A stretch of DNA of 63,873 nucleotides, the filler included, from Octopus bimaculoides (lineage: Eukaryota), in the NCBI RefSeq assembly GCF_001194135.2. It is 7 parts of 7 records of this genome, joined end to end, with 100 filler letters (N's around TTAATTAATTAA, not from the genome) between each part and the next. Parts side by side here need not be neighbours in the genome. Positions count along the whole stretch, not along the records: positions 1 to 16,144 come from NC_068984.1; 6 more parts are not named here. The stretch is one strand, 5' to 3'. Numbering within the stretch: position 1 is the stretch's first letter; every line of letters starts with the position of its first letter. Below are positions 1-13,280 of the stretch, piece by piece. A program made the translations under genes and the position numbers. A model generated the notes under the pieces. It saw nothing but the letters and a program-made list of their open reading frames with translations, was not told the DNA's origin and did not search any database.

Positions 1-1934
1 ATATATATATATATATATATACATATATATAAAGATAGATAGAGATAGAGATATACACATATGCCCATATATATGTATATGTTTTTTCTCTCTATTTTCC
101 TTCAATGAACAGATTAACCAGTAAGATACCATCATCATTGTCATCGTCGGCGTCCTCCTCCTCCTCCTCATCATCGTCATCGTCATCGTCATTGTCATCG
201 TCATCATCTTTTATCATATTTAATTACTTGCCTAGATATACTGATCTTGTCACACTTGTATCTCTCCCTCTCTCTTTCACATGCTCTCTCTCTCTCTCGC
301 TCTATTTCTCTCTTACCTTTATTATCTCGCTATGTTTCTGTTTGTTTTACTTCCCTTCCTTTTCTCTCTTATTCCATCTCTCCATCAATGGATTGTTAGT
401 ACCAATCTTCAGTTAAAGGAATAATCATAGAGTGAAAAGACCAAGGAAATCAGGTGAAAAATTGAGAGTCCAACCCAAAGGTTGATGCTTTTGTATAACG
501 TTGTCTAGCTGTAAAAACAGGTGTTATCTATATGAAAAATGGGTTTTGTTCTGTTGATGGAACGAAACAGACATATGTTTTCTCATTGTACTGAGAAATT
601 ATTTCATAGTACTGTCTTCTTCAAATTGATGCCATTTCATTCACAAGACTGCATTCTTGCTTGAAGAAAAAGCAAAATAGGTAAAGTACAATAAAAGATT
701 TAGGAGAAGAAAAAAAGAAAATTCTATAAAAGAAAATGTTAGGAAGAAATTATCACCATTGATCACAAAATTGGCAAATATAGACAAATATTTGAATGAA
801 AAGGTCTGTAGACAATTACTCAAAGACTTCAACAATTGTTCTGAAATTACAAAACTTTCTTCTTTCCATAAATGTGTTTAAGATCTGTTCAACCTTGATT
901 AAATATGAAAATATGAAATTTATTTCTCTCACTAGTTTTGTCTGTTGTTTATGTCAGTATGGGTTATATTATTCAGTTAATTTACATTTTCCTATGCTGT
1001 GCTGGAGCAGATTTTTGTTTTGTAAATAGAAATGGTTAACTGTTTGTTTGCTAGTGAATTCCTTCCTGGACACATTTTTGTAATTGCTGGAGAAATCTAA
1101 TTGTAGTATATAGTAAATCACTTTTAAAAATTAATCAGTGCATATTTGTTTTTCTCAATCACAGAAATGAAACACATATCCCAATTGTTTTCAAGGATAG
1201 GCTGAAATTTTTGATTTCCATGAATTAATGCGCAAAAAGTGATATGGTGTAGGAATAAATATGAAGTAGAATTATTTAGCCGTTTGGTTTGTTTAATCAC
1301 CATTTACAAGGCCATGGTGAGCATTTGGATCAAAGTTGATGCTGATATTTAAGTGAATATTTGTGCAATATTTTCATTGTGTGGTGGTGGTGGTGGTGAT
1401 GATGATGGTGATGATGAGGATAAGGATGAGAATGATAGTGCTGATTACGATGCTGCTACTGATGATGATGATGATGATGATAACTATGGCCTGATGATGA
1501 TAACAATGATGTAAAGATGATGACGACAACAATGACACCAATGAAGATGATGATGACACTCTTAGTTTACTTATTATTGATATGTCTAGGATGTATTCAG
1601 CTGTTAATTCTTTAGACACTAAACGGTTGACCAGTTATATTTATAAGAAAATATTTAGTGAGAAGTAGATGTGTAGACATTAAGAACGAAGTTATTTATT
1701 GGGAAACATTCGTTTTTCCTTAGATATGTTGTGAATTGTTTTCTGAATTACAACAGAAAATTGGAATTTGAAGTTTCCCTTGATTAAGTTCCACACACAA
1801 GACTTTGGAAGGGCTGAGTTCTGTGAGTGAAGAACCTTACTGAAATGTATTGCAGAGATATCATACACTTAAACCCCTGGTTGTGAAGGGAACATCTTAA
1901 TACAGACCTATGTGCATATGTGGGTATGTATATA

Positions 1935-1975
<41 letters not shown>

Positions 1976-1979
<4 letters not shown>

Positions 1980-2565
1980 TCGTTTAACGTCCGTTGTCCA
2001 TGCTGGCATGGTTTGGATGGTTTGACCGGACAGGCACACTGGAAGGCTGCACCAGACTTCAGTCTGATGTGTCATGGTTTTCTATGGCTGGATGCCCTTC
2101 CTAATGCTAACCACTCTGAGAGTGTGATGGGTGCTTTTAAGTGTCACCAACACTGGTGCCATTTGTGTGACATCGGGGTGCTTTTATGTGCCACTGGCAT
2201 GGATGCCAATTTGTGTGACACTGTTGTATCTGCCGTGAGTGATTTGTTTGGCTTGATGGGTCTTCTTCTCAAGCACAACATAAGGCCAAATGTCTCGGTC
2301 ATTGCCTCCATGAGGCCCAACGCTCGAAAGGTGTTCTTTACATGTCACCAGCACGGGTGCACTTGGCTTGACAAATCCTTTCAAGCACAGCACATCAACA
2401 AAGGTCTCAGTCACTAGTCATTGCCTCAGTGAGGCTCAAAGTTTGAAGATCATGCTTCACCATCTCGTCCCATGTCTTCCTGGGTTTACCTCTGCCACAG
2501 GTTCCCTCCAAAGTTACAGATTGACACATCTTTACTCAGCTGTCCTCATCCATAAGCATCTGTTG
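1976..2565 (-). mobile_element. 5'-truncated RTE-clade LINE 3' end (family B): C-terminal coding remnant, 3' UTR and (GAT)n tail
   Basis: Minus strand reads EGTCGRGKPRKTWDEMVKHDLQTLSLTEAMTSD, then the recurrent UTR ending GGACGTTAAACGATGAT. Confidence 0.75.
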
Positions 2566-2989
2566 TGGTGAAATCTTGACACTCCTGTGGGATAGCAAGT
2601 CAACTGTCCTAAACCGTATAAAGGTGCAAGCACACTGTCAGTAGGAGACAGTGTGGTGTGTTTTTGGTTTGTGTTGGTAGTAATTTTTGGTTAAATCACA
2701 TGTGATTCTGAAGTAAGCCGTTTGTTTGTTATACTTGTTGAAAGTTTTCTCGTGTGGGAGAACCTAGGATTTGTTGAATTTGTTGAATTTTGAACTATTG
2801 TTGCTGTTTTTGCCTGTTTTTATATTTGTTTTCTTCCCCATTTATGAGTGAAGTGGAGAAGAGAGGAGAGATAGAACATGAACCAACTGGAAGTTATGCA
2901 TCAGCCACGATTAAAGGAGTATCTACCAACGTCCTGGAAGTACGAGAAACTAAGATAGAGCCCAGAAAGTGGAAGGGGGGCAGTAAACA

Positions 2990-3990
2990 CTTGGTGAGGA
3001 AATGACTGAGTGGTCAATTCAAAAATGGAGTTTAAACGATCTTGCAGTGGAGATTTGAGTCTTGAAGATCGTGAGCATAGTGGACGCTCATCTGTCATCA
3101 ATGGGGGTCAATTAAAAACCATCATTGAGAAAGATCCACATAAAACCACTCTAGAGCTGGCAAAAGAACTTCAAATTAGCGAGAAAACTGCCTGCAACCA
3201 TTTGCATGCGAGCAGAAAATGAAAAAAGCTCAACAAATGGGTACCACATGATTTGAATGAAAATCAGAAAATGTGCCGCTATGAAATCTGCTCATCTCTT
3301 CTTCTTCGTAACCAGACCAATCCATTTCTTGACTATATTGTAACTTGCGATGAAAAGTGGATTCTGTACAATAAAAAAATCTTCCTTCATAGTGTTTGGA
3401 CCAAAATGAAGCACTGAAAACCTGAGCTCTTCAAAAGCAAGGTTATGGTGACTGTTTGGTGGTGTACTGCTGAACTCATCCACTATAACTTCTTAAAACC
3501 AGGAAAAAAAGCCATTACTGCAAAAAACATATTGCCATGAAATTACCAAAATGAATGAAAAACTGCTACTTCTCCATCCCTGACTGGTCAACAGAAGAGG
3601 GCCAATCATTCTTCATGACAATGCTCGACCACACGTTTCACTAATGATGCTCCAGAATTTGAGGTAACCTGGCTATGAAGTTCTTCCCCACCCAACTTAT
3701 TCCCCAAACCTTTCTCCTACCGACTACCACTTTTTCAAACACCTTGATGGATTCTTGCAAGAGAAGGAGTTCAAAAACCAAACTGATCCTGAAAGTGTGT
3801 TCAAAGAGTTCATCAGCTCCAGAACTCCAGATTTTTATGTTACTGGAATAAACAAACTTGTAACTAATTGGTAAATATGTATTGAGTGTAATGGTATTTA
3901 CTTTGATGAATGAAATTTCTGCATTGTTGATATATATTGTGATGAATTTCATGTTTCAAAATGTTACTTACTTTTTACTCATCCTTATAG
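2990..3990 (+). mobile_element. Decayed mariner DD34D transposase, cecropia/Hsmar1-like, 5'-truncated
   Basis: Across frameshifts and stops it reads FKRSCSGDLSLED, KWVPHDL, IVTCDEKWILY, MVTVWW, GPIILHDNARPHV, YSPNLSPTDYHFFKHLDGFL and CNGIYFDE; a degenerate right TIR-like segment lies at about 3957-3988. Confidence 0.93.
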
Positions 3991-4194
3991 AATACAATGT
4001 TCTATGATGTATACTTTGTTCATTTATAACAATGACATTGACAGTTATTTCTAAAGCTGAATAAATGTATACATGAAATGAGTTATTTATTAAATACATA
4101 TGACTATATTTTAAAATCTTTTGATCCAGCTGTTTGTACCAAGTGATTCAGCATAGTATAAAATATATATGAAATTATTCTTTGAAACATATGT

Positions 4195-4408
4195 AAGGTA
4201 GTTAACTGGCAGAATGGTTACTGTACTTGGCAAAATGCTTAGCAGTATTTCACCCATCTTTACGTTCTGAGTTAAGATGCCACAGGGGTCAACTTTTCCT
4301 TTCATCCTTTTGGGATCCATAAAATAAATACCAGTTGAGTACTGGAGCTAATGTAATCGATTTACAGCCTCCACCAATCTTTCTGACCTTATACCAAAAT
4401 TTGAAACT
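4195..4408 (+). mobile_element. Family C SINE, diverged
   Basis: ACTGGCAGAATGGTTA...TTCTGAGTT...CTTTCATCC...ACCAGTTGAGTACTGG...CCAAAATTTGAAA. Confidence 0.75.
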
Positions 4409-5421
4409 GTTATTTTAAACGTTTATTTACTTGGTTTACCATACACGGTATTTATTTGAGCAGGTTATCTGAATGCCTCTTTGCATACAGCTTTTAAATC
4501 TTGTAATAAAAACAGAACTGTAATCCATGATTTTGATGAACTGGAGCAGTATGTCTCCCAGATACTCTCTCTTTCCTTATTCATGGTTCAACTTTACATG
4601 TGTTCATTTTCATACAATATTGGTCTAACTGTTCAACTTTTTGAAAATCCCTATTCTTGAACCTTGTGGAAGCCTGCAATCATTGATGAAACTCTCAGTT
4701 AAAATTTAATTTTTAGACATTATATTTTTTGTTATATCATTATGCCAATAAGAATCTCATGCACTAGTTCGATTTCATTTTTTTCGTTATTAATTATCAA
4801 CTACATATAATCGTTATCACAACAGCTGTTTGATTAATCATATAGTCAGCCAATCAGTCAGCTAAGTTTGTCTGATTCACTACTCCAGGTCTCTCTGCTA
4901 GTTTTCAGACTCTATATTCACATTTATGGGGATGCGAGTGACAATGTGTGTGTGTGTATGTGTGTGTGAGAGAAAGAGAGAGAGAGAGAGAGTCACATAC
5001 ATCTGTGCATGCATGATGTGAATTCTTTGAATAAGTGTGTTTGAAAGAACGTATGTGTTCATGTGTATGGGTGCATGCACCAGTTACAAGCAATAATTCA
5101 AGACTTGTTGTTTAACAAAATATCCTTATTAATAGCTGCCAATACTTATCCTTACCATAGACTGAGTGTAGCCACAATTACCTTTTTTTTCTCTTTTGTT
5201 TATGGTATAATCTCATCTTCCAAATGCTGTTGCTTCATCCTGGTCTCCTTGATATATTACTCTCTAACAATGCACTGTCTTTCTCTAAATTGCTTTTGAT
5301 AAAACTCCTGTATTTAATTTCCTATATGTAATTTGCTTGACAGTTAAATTCACACTCTCATCTACAACTTTCATTAATTTCGAAATCTTTGAACAACACC
5401 ATCCATATCGTATATTCTCAC

Positions 5422-5492
5422 CTTGTATTTCCCAGAGCCTGCTGTTCTTTAGTAGGCTGTTAGTCAAAAACTCTTCTATCTCAAAATTATAT
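5422..5492 (-). CDS. Candidate exon of an unidentified gene: (R)YNFEIEEFLTNSLLKNSRLWEIQ(G); could instead read on to the stop at 5285
   Basis: TTTTTGTTTTAG acceptor, CAAG|GTGAGA donor, only one open frame, phase 2/1. Confidence 0.45.
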
Positions 5493-5879
5493 CTAAAACA
5501 AAAATATAGAAAATTAATAAGTGGTAGCAATATTCTAGCAAATTTCATACACTTTATATCTTACAGTTTACATCATTGGCTCAACTTGTTCAAGTTCCAA
5601 AACCAATAATTACAGCAATGAAACCATCTATGGCCATCCAACATTTTGGTAAGTTATCAGCTTTTGACCATATGTTGTACATTTTTGTAAAGCTATTCAG
5701 CTGTTAGTTTTCCTTGAAACTTTTTTATTTTCAACTTGAGTGGATGTAAATACATCACAATCAGTGATCATGAATGTATACACCATATACATAGTATATA
5801 CACTTTAAAATGTATATACAGCAGAATATTTTCTGAGAGAAAATAAACAAAATTGTAATCTGGTGAAATAGTTTTATGC

Positions 5880-5930
<51 letters not shown>

Positions 5931-6251
5931 GTTTATTATTATTATTTTATTAGTTTACTGTAAGTGATTCCTTTGTGTAATATTTATGGCTTGCCTTTTA
6001 TTTTCATTATTACTACTGCATGAAATTAACATTATATCCATTTTGCAAATAATACTACTGAATATGATTTATGCATCAGCACTATATTTGTTAATTGCAT
6101 TTCAAAACATCTTTGAGTGAGGATATTGATTTATGATATTATGTTTTGATCTAACCACTTGTTACCATCAGATATCATTGACACCCATGTTCACTTCCAT
6201 TCTGATTCTTTCTTTCATTTCCTTCTCTGTTATATATTTTATTTTGCATGT

Positions 6252-6305
<54 letters not shown>

Positions 6306-6448
6306 ACGCATGTGTGTGTGACTCTGTGACTGTGTGTGAATGTGTATGTCTCTGTGTGTGTCTGTGTGTGACTGTGTGTGACTGTGTGTGTATGTGACTG
6401 TGTGTGACTGTGTGTGACTGTGCATATATGTTTGTGTATGTGTGTGAC

Positions 6449-6497
<49 letters not shown>

Positions 6498-7139
6498 ATG
6501 CATGTATGTTTGTGTGTGTTTTGTTTCAGCTTTCAAATAAAATTTGATTTTTTTTTCTTCATTTTCTTCATGCCTGTTATTTCCACATCTTACATTTTGC
6601 AATCAGTTCTTTTAAAATTCATAAACTAGAAACTGTAAGAACTAATTGAATGAATTTTTAGTTATTACTGTAGCTGGTGTTTTAATCTTTATCATCTGAC
6701 ATTTGAAAGTGTCACTAACAATTGATTAACTTCTGCAAAGATCTTGTCCTTCAAGTGGGCACATCAGTGATCTTTGCAGGTATTGACAAACTGTAGCAAT
6801 GCTAGAGAGAACTTAAGAATTTGATAGAACTATATTTCCTTCCTAATATATCACTATGTGTGATTGTCTCTCCTTTTATCCAACAAAGAATGATAGATAT
6901 ACAACATATTTTGACTGGAAAGCTAACACACTACTTTTGAGCCCCTGTTTTGTTTATTTTATTTACATTATTTTTCAATAATACTATTCCCTTAAACTTC
7001 AGGAAGAAAGTATGGCTTACATGACTGACCATTTGAATAATAAATATAATAATCAAAACCATACTCAAACATACAATTATACATTTTAATACATTTGTAT
7101 ATACTTAATACATTAATCCATCACTGTTTTTATGTTTAC

Positions 7140-7240
7140 CTTTCTCTGTTGGCATGAATTGGATTAGTTTCCTGGGGTGTTATTTTATAGCTTTTGTAGT
7201 TTCTTATGACATGCAGAGACATGGAATATCTACTATAAAC
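7140..7240 (-). CDS. Candidate exon of an unidentified gene: VYSRYSMSLHVIRNYKSYKITPQETNPIHANRE(R)
   Basis: CATAG acceptor, AAG|GTAAAC donor, 101 nt open, phase 0/2, bridges both neighbouring candidates in frame. Confidence 0.45.
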
Positions 7241-7748
7241 CTATGATGCACACAGTAAGATATATATACTCAATACAACTGTATCAAAAATATTTTTCAG
7301 CATTATCATTAGTATTCATAACTTGTTCATTGTTATAATGCTGTCATCAGTGGCATTATTTAGAATAGCATTTATGAATCAATGAAGAAACTGTTAAACA
7401 GTACACTAATTTCTATTGGTAGCAGCCAAATCTACCTCAAATGACTCTCTACTGTCTTAAAGAATAATGTAGTCATGAATAAGGCACTATTTCACCTGAC
7501 AAACGATTGGATGGTTGTAAACAGAGTGACTTTGACAATAGGCATGCTCTGTTTAAGTCTGACCTAGTGTTAAGTAACAGCAATAAATGTTGTGAGGAAA
7601 GCAAAAGCAATTATATGCTTTGTGTGCAGTATGTGTTGAATAACTGAAACATCAACAATCTCATTTCTGATTAATCATTATATGTAAGCTGAAGCATCCT
7701 TAAACAGAGAACTTGATGGTTATTTTAAACTGAAAAACACACAGAAAC

Positions 7749-7875
7749 CTTTTGGTAAAGACATGAAACAAGTAGTTGTTCTTTGGTGATGTTGTGGTAA
7801 AGTAGGTTCTGAATATTATTCTTTAATGACTTTACAAGACATATATCATTGGCTGTAAAAGCTGGCATGGTACAA
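7749..7875 (-). CDS. Candidate exon of an unidentified gene: CTMPAFTANDICLVKSLKNNIQNLLYHNITKEQLLVSCLYQK
   Basis: TTTTCCCAG acceptor, AAAG|GTTTCT donor, 127 nt open, phase 2/0; phase matches the next candidate exon; no homology recognised. Confidence 0.45.
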
Positions 7876-8569
7876 CTGGGAAAATATATAAGAAATAGAA
7901 CTACTTTCATAAATAAACAGTTCCAACCTGACAATTTTCCTTCTATTTAATAAATTATTATCTGCGTATGCAGATTGTTACATACGTCATACTTTCTTTC
8001 TTATTATTTACCATATGTCTTAAAATATACTTCTTTTTCATTTTTTCTCTAAACAATTCCAGTATGAAACATATCAGTTTCCTTGGTCATTAATCATAAA
8101 ATAGATAATATGCAATCAATCAAATAAAATTAAATTGCACCTTCATAAAAACATCTACAAATTTAAACACTCAATCTGTTTACAAATTCTATACCAACAA
8201 CTTCTATACCTATACCACAATTTCTTAGTAATAGCTGCCCTATTTGGATTGATTTTAAATATGTTTAATATTTTCAATAAATGGTATATTTTAAATAACT
8301 GGTATTGTTTGATACCTGTGGCTTCTGCTGACAATTTGTTCATCGTCAAAACCATGTCTTCCCTGCCATTATGAATTTTAGATTAGCACCATTGGGATTA
8401 GCCTTTATAGGTTATACAGGTTCCACTAGCAATTATAAATCTGAATTATATGCATAACGACACAGATAGGACAGTACCATTCTGGGAAAACTAAGTTAGG
8501 CAAATAGATCTGATATAAGTGTTTCTAGAAAAGAAAGAAGCCTTCTATCACTGTCTCATTGGTAGTTCA

Positions 8570-9810
8570 TCATCATTATCATCATCATCATCATTTAATG
8601 TCTGCTTTCCATGCTGGCATGGGTTGGACAATTTGACTGAAATCTGGTAAGCCAGGGAGTTGCACTCCAGGCTCCAATCTGATTTCACAAGGTTTCTATG
8701 ACTGGGTGTCCTTCCTAATGCCAACCACTCTGAGAGTGTAGTTTTTTACATGCCACTGGCATGGGCGCCAATGACCTGACACTGGCATCGGCTGTGACTA
8801 TGGTCTCACTTGGCTTGACACGTCTACACAAGCATTCTATATCGCTAAAGGTTTTGGTCACCTGCCACTGCCTCCATGAGGTAGTTGTGCATAGCAATAA
8901 TTGTATAGCTTGGTCCCATATCATGAAATTATTAAATTTCTACTTTCAAAGGATGAGAACAGTTGTGTAAAGAAGTACCAATCTCTTACTGTTGAGGGAA
9001 TACATGGAAGAAGTAGACCCAGGAAGACATGGGACAAGGTGGTGAAGTATGATTTTCAAATGTTGGGCCTCATGGGAGGCAATGACTTTTGGTGATATGC
9101 TTTTGGTGAAATCATAGTCATGGTTTTACTGGAGTCATGTAAATAGCACTCATGAAATTGTAATCATGGCCATTGCTGGTAGAATGATCTTTGAAATGAT
9201 TTTTGAGTGTTAAACCTCACAGAGGTGAGGGACAAGATGGTGAAACATGATCTTCAAAAGCTGAGCCACATGGAAGCAATGAAAAGTGACCGAGACCTTG
9301 GCGATATGCTGTGCTTGAGAAGACTGGAACTTGGTGCAGTTCTCTGGCTTACCAGTTCCAGTCTAACCCATGCCAGTATGGAAAGTGGACGTTAAATTAT
9401 GATGATGATTTACTTTTTGCACTGAGAGTTCTCAGCCTGATGAAGTGGAATTGTGTGTCATCATCATCATTATTATCATTTAATGTCCGTTGTCCATGCT
9501 AGCATGGATTGGACAGTTTGACTGGGGCTGGAAAGATGGAAGGCTGCACCAGACTCTAGTCTGATTTGCCATGGTTTCTCCAGCGGGATGCCTTTCCTAA
9601 TACTAACCACTCCAAGAGTGTATTGGGTGATTTTACATGCCACCAGTACGGTTGCCCTTTGCATGACACCAGTATTGCCATAACTGTGATTTTGCTCACC
9701 TTGATGGGTCTTCTCAAGCACAATATAATGCCAAAGGTCTTGGTCATTGCCTCTGTGAGGCCCACTTCTTGAAAGGAGCTAAGCCACTTTACCTCTGTGA
9801 GGCCCAATGC
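8570..9810. mobile_element. Cluster of family B/RTE 3' fragments in alternating orientation (8570-8880 minus, 8945-9410 plus, 9460-9810 minus)
   Basis: KDENSCVKKYQSLTVEGIHGRSRPRKTWDKVVKYDF on plus; same UTR and (CAT)n/(GAT)n tails. Confidence 0.7.
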
Positions 9811-12048
9811 TCAATAGCTATTCATGAGTTTTTATAATTAGTAGATATGAAGGAAGCTTTCTTTCCTAAATGAATAAATTACAGCATTCAAAAACAGCAA
9901 AAGATCCCTAATTAAAAATAAAAAACAGGTAAAGGCTGATGATGAGAAGAGCATCTCACAGTAAAAACCTGCCTCAATTAATGCCTCACCATTTAAACCT
10001 ATGCTAGCATAGAAAAATGGCTGTTAAAATGACCATATGAACATGAAGTTATACTTAAGCTGATATTTCTCAAGAAGCAGAGCCTAAAATTATGCATATA
10101 GGAAATGCTCCATATACAAATTAGGTCATGTATCTATGAAAGATAAATGTAAATTGTACAACATAAAGAAGCATTTTCAATCAGTTTGTCACTTTACAAT
10201 GAGAAGTAACTGGTGATGAAAAGTTTGACATTAAAATAAATGTATTTATGCTATAAGGCAAGGAAAGGATCACTTTACTCTAAGTTAAATTGTATAATGT
10301 CAATTTGGTTCTGCAACTGTTTAATGGTAGCAAAGTCACATTAATTCCAGTAATTTAGAACAATCATTGAAAAATAAAATTTTCTCAAGAGCCAGGTCAA
10401 CATCACCTGTTTCATGGTTCAACAAATAAAAGTTTGGACTATTTTGAAGGTGCCCTCAAACAAGGAGCTTGATATGGAATTATACTAATAGTGGTCATGG
10501 ACTAATAAAAATAAAGAGCTTTTTGGAGCTGATACATTAAATATTAATAGTAAAAATCTGATGAATACTCTCTCCAATGTTGAGGAAAGTGGTATACTTG
10601 CAAATTATATGACAAACATTAAATTGAAAGAAAAAATCCTTCCATCATAGTCTGGATTTTGTGAACTCCCAAAGCTATGAAATATATGGAACAGAGCATA
10701 TTACAGTATGTTGCACCTAGTGGTAACGATTGGCCATTATCTGTTATTGTGCAAAATCTAGTCAGATTACAAGTCTTGATGGATACTACTTACTATGTTC
10801 AGAGTTGAAGTACTTGTCAAAGTTCCCAGTTATGAGTTAAATAGAAGGTCTTGTGACTGAAGCAAACAAAGAGCAGAGGAAACATGACCCTTGAGAAATG
10901 TGGCACAGGACCCACCAATGTATGAACAAACTCTGTTGTAATGTGAACTAGTACTTGTGTTTAAATGTTAAATAAGTAATATGCCTCAAGAGCAACTTTT
11001 GGGAGAGCAGGGATCTGGCAGAGCAAACTGTAAATAAATTGGCAGAAACACTTGCTTTATCATGAATCTGCAGACTTAGACATGTCTTTAGTTATAGCAC
11101 CTAATAAAGACAGATTGGGCTGGCATGATCCACAAGAGATATATTACTCTGTGTCTATATCTGTTGTTTTGCAGTTACCAAATGTGTTGCATGTGAAATT
11201 TCTAACTACTTTTGTACAACATTTTACATTTTCACAATGGATTTTACCTGTGTTAGTGTGAAACTGTGCATATTTTTTTTTTTTTNNNNNNNNNNAAGAG
11301 AGCATTATTGTCTGTCATAATAACGATGGAGAAAGAAATGCATTGAGCAACATTGCAATTGCCATCAGTATTTCTTGGATAAAACACATTTTCTAAATTA
11401 CAGTAAGGTAGAATGCATTCTGGAAATTTCTAACGCTGGCTTGCATGGCCAGAAGGATGATGATATGGTACTATGTGATAGCAAAGTATCTACAGCCACT
11501 GTAATTAGTAATTTTGTTCTGCCAAAACTATTTTATGGATTAAAAACTTTGCTACATTTGTCCCAGTGGAGCTAACTGTTGCTTTTAGTAGTATTCACTG
11601 TGATGATAGCATCATCACATAACTTCTGGTCAGCAGCTATGCTTTAGCTGCTTCTAAGCATAATCCCTCATCCATGAAATTTTACAAATAATTGCAATCT
11701 GTTGATGTGCTGGATACTATTTCTCTTCTGCATGAGATAGCTTTTCATCTGTGTATTAACATAAACAAAATCATTGTGATGTATCAAACTCTGTTTAGAT
11801 GCCACATTGGCAAATCTGGATATATTTGTATGTGACGAAAGGAGAAGAGTACTGAACTCATATAAAATTTGCAAAATGCATTTTTCTGATACAAATCATC
11901 TCATCTTTCTTTGGACTACTGTTTATATTTGCATTTAGTTATGCTATTACTTCTGCCTGTATTTTATGATTATAAAGGTAACATTAGCAAATTACACTTG
12001 TGTAAAGTGACATCATTTAGTATCACAAGCAAGTTGGAGAATTACATT

Positions 12049-12083
<35 letters not shown>

Positions 12084-12256
12084 CACACATGCATGCATAA
12101 ATTACCTATGCAAAGATACAGAAGCACACTGACAAACACAAACACTCACACATAGAAATGTATTTACAGTTAGACTCAGTTCCACATATTTTGAAGTTTG
12201 GTCAGTGTAAATCAATGTCTAACACATCAGATTTAGTGTATATATGTAAAAAAAAA

Positions 12257-12293
<37 letters not shown>

Positions 12294-12699
12294 TACATGC
12301 ATAAATACATACATTCATACATACACACATACATACATATATATATATATATCTGGCTACATTAATTTCATGAGCAGGCTGTTCCGTTGATTGAACCAAC
12401 TGGAACCCTTGTCATCGTAACTGACGGAGTGACACTATATATATATATATATATGTATATATAGTGTCACTCCGTCAGTTACGATGACAAGGGTTCCAGT
12501 TGGTTCAATCAACGGAACAGCCTGCTCNNNNNNNNNNNNNNNNNNNNNNNNNNNNNNNNNNNNNNNNNNNNNNNNNNNNNNNNNNNNNNNNNNNNNNNNN
12601 NNNNNNNNNNNNNNNNNNNNNNNNNNNNNNNNNNNTTACATAATATCGAGGTCTCTTTCTTTCTTTCGTTGTCTTACCGTTTCTATCAATATATATATC

Positions 12700-13010
12700 A
12701 TCATCATCATCGTTTAACGTCCTCTTTCCATGCTAGCATGGGTTGGACGATTTGACTGAGGACTGGCAAACCAGAAGGCTGCACCAGGCTCCAATCTGAT
12801 CGGGCAGAGTTTCTACAGCTGGATGCCCTTCCTAATGCCAACCACTCCGAGAGTGTAGTGGGTGCTATTACATGCCACCGGCCCGAGGGCCAGTCACACG
12901 GTACTGGCAACAGCCATGCTCAAAAAGGTGTTTTTTACATGTCACCTGCACGGGAGCCAGTCCAGCGGCACTGGCAATGATTTTCTAAATGTGCCACCAG
13001 CACAAGTGCT
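12700..13010 (-). mobile_element. Family B (RTE 3' UTR-type) copy
   Basis: CATCATCGTTTAACGTCC...CTACAGCTGGATGCCCTTCCTAATGCCAACCACTC shared with many other copies in the window. Confidence 0.8.
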
Positions 13011-13145
13011 AGGAGGCAGCATGTATGTAATTATGTATATGTATATGTATCAGTAGGTTGCTCTTCTGGGATACATGGCATGAATATATGGTACTAATTT
13101 TATGATCATTTCTTGAAATTGCATTGATTTACTGTCAATATTAAA

Positions 13146-13280
13146 GGTATTCAATCTCTTATTCATGACCTCCTTTATGTGAATTATTGTAGCTTAGGTG
13201 CTTATACAGCTGAACATATGCAAATTCTTATGGATTATATTTCTACATCTTGTGAAGTATTTGGGCTCGGCATTAGCAGG
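13146..13280 (+). mobile_element. RTE-clade reverse transcriptase fragment with decayed YADD motif
   Basis: IHDLLYVNYCSLGAYTAEHMQILMDYISTSCEVFGLGIS resembles the RTE motif LLYADDCAL.AHT...MQ.LMD.FS.AC..FGL.IS. Confidence 0.7.

Noticed and set aside
610-680. Possible plus-strand exon YCLLQIDAISFTRLHSCLKKKQN with AG|GTAAAG donor
   Set aside because: Isolated, with no compatible neighbour or homology; not supportable
8315-8482. Exon-like minus segment with CTAAC branch point and a WYCPIC motif
   Set aside because: Stops in all three frames; cannot be tied reliably to the downstream candidate exons
10380-11880. Unique-looking sequence with short ORFs that might be old transposase or exons
   Set aside because: No motif recognised and stops in all frames
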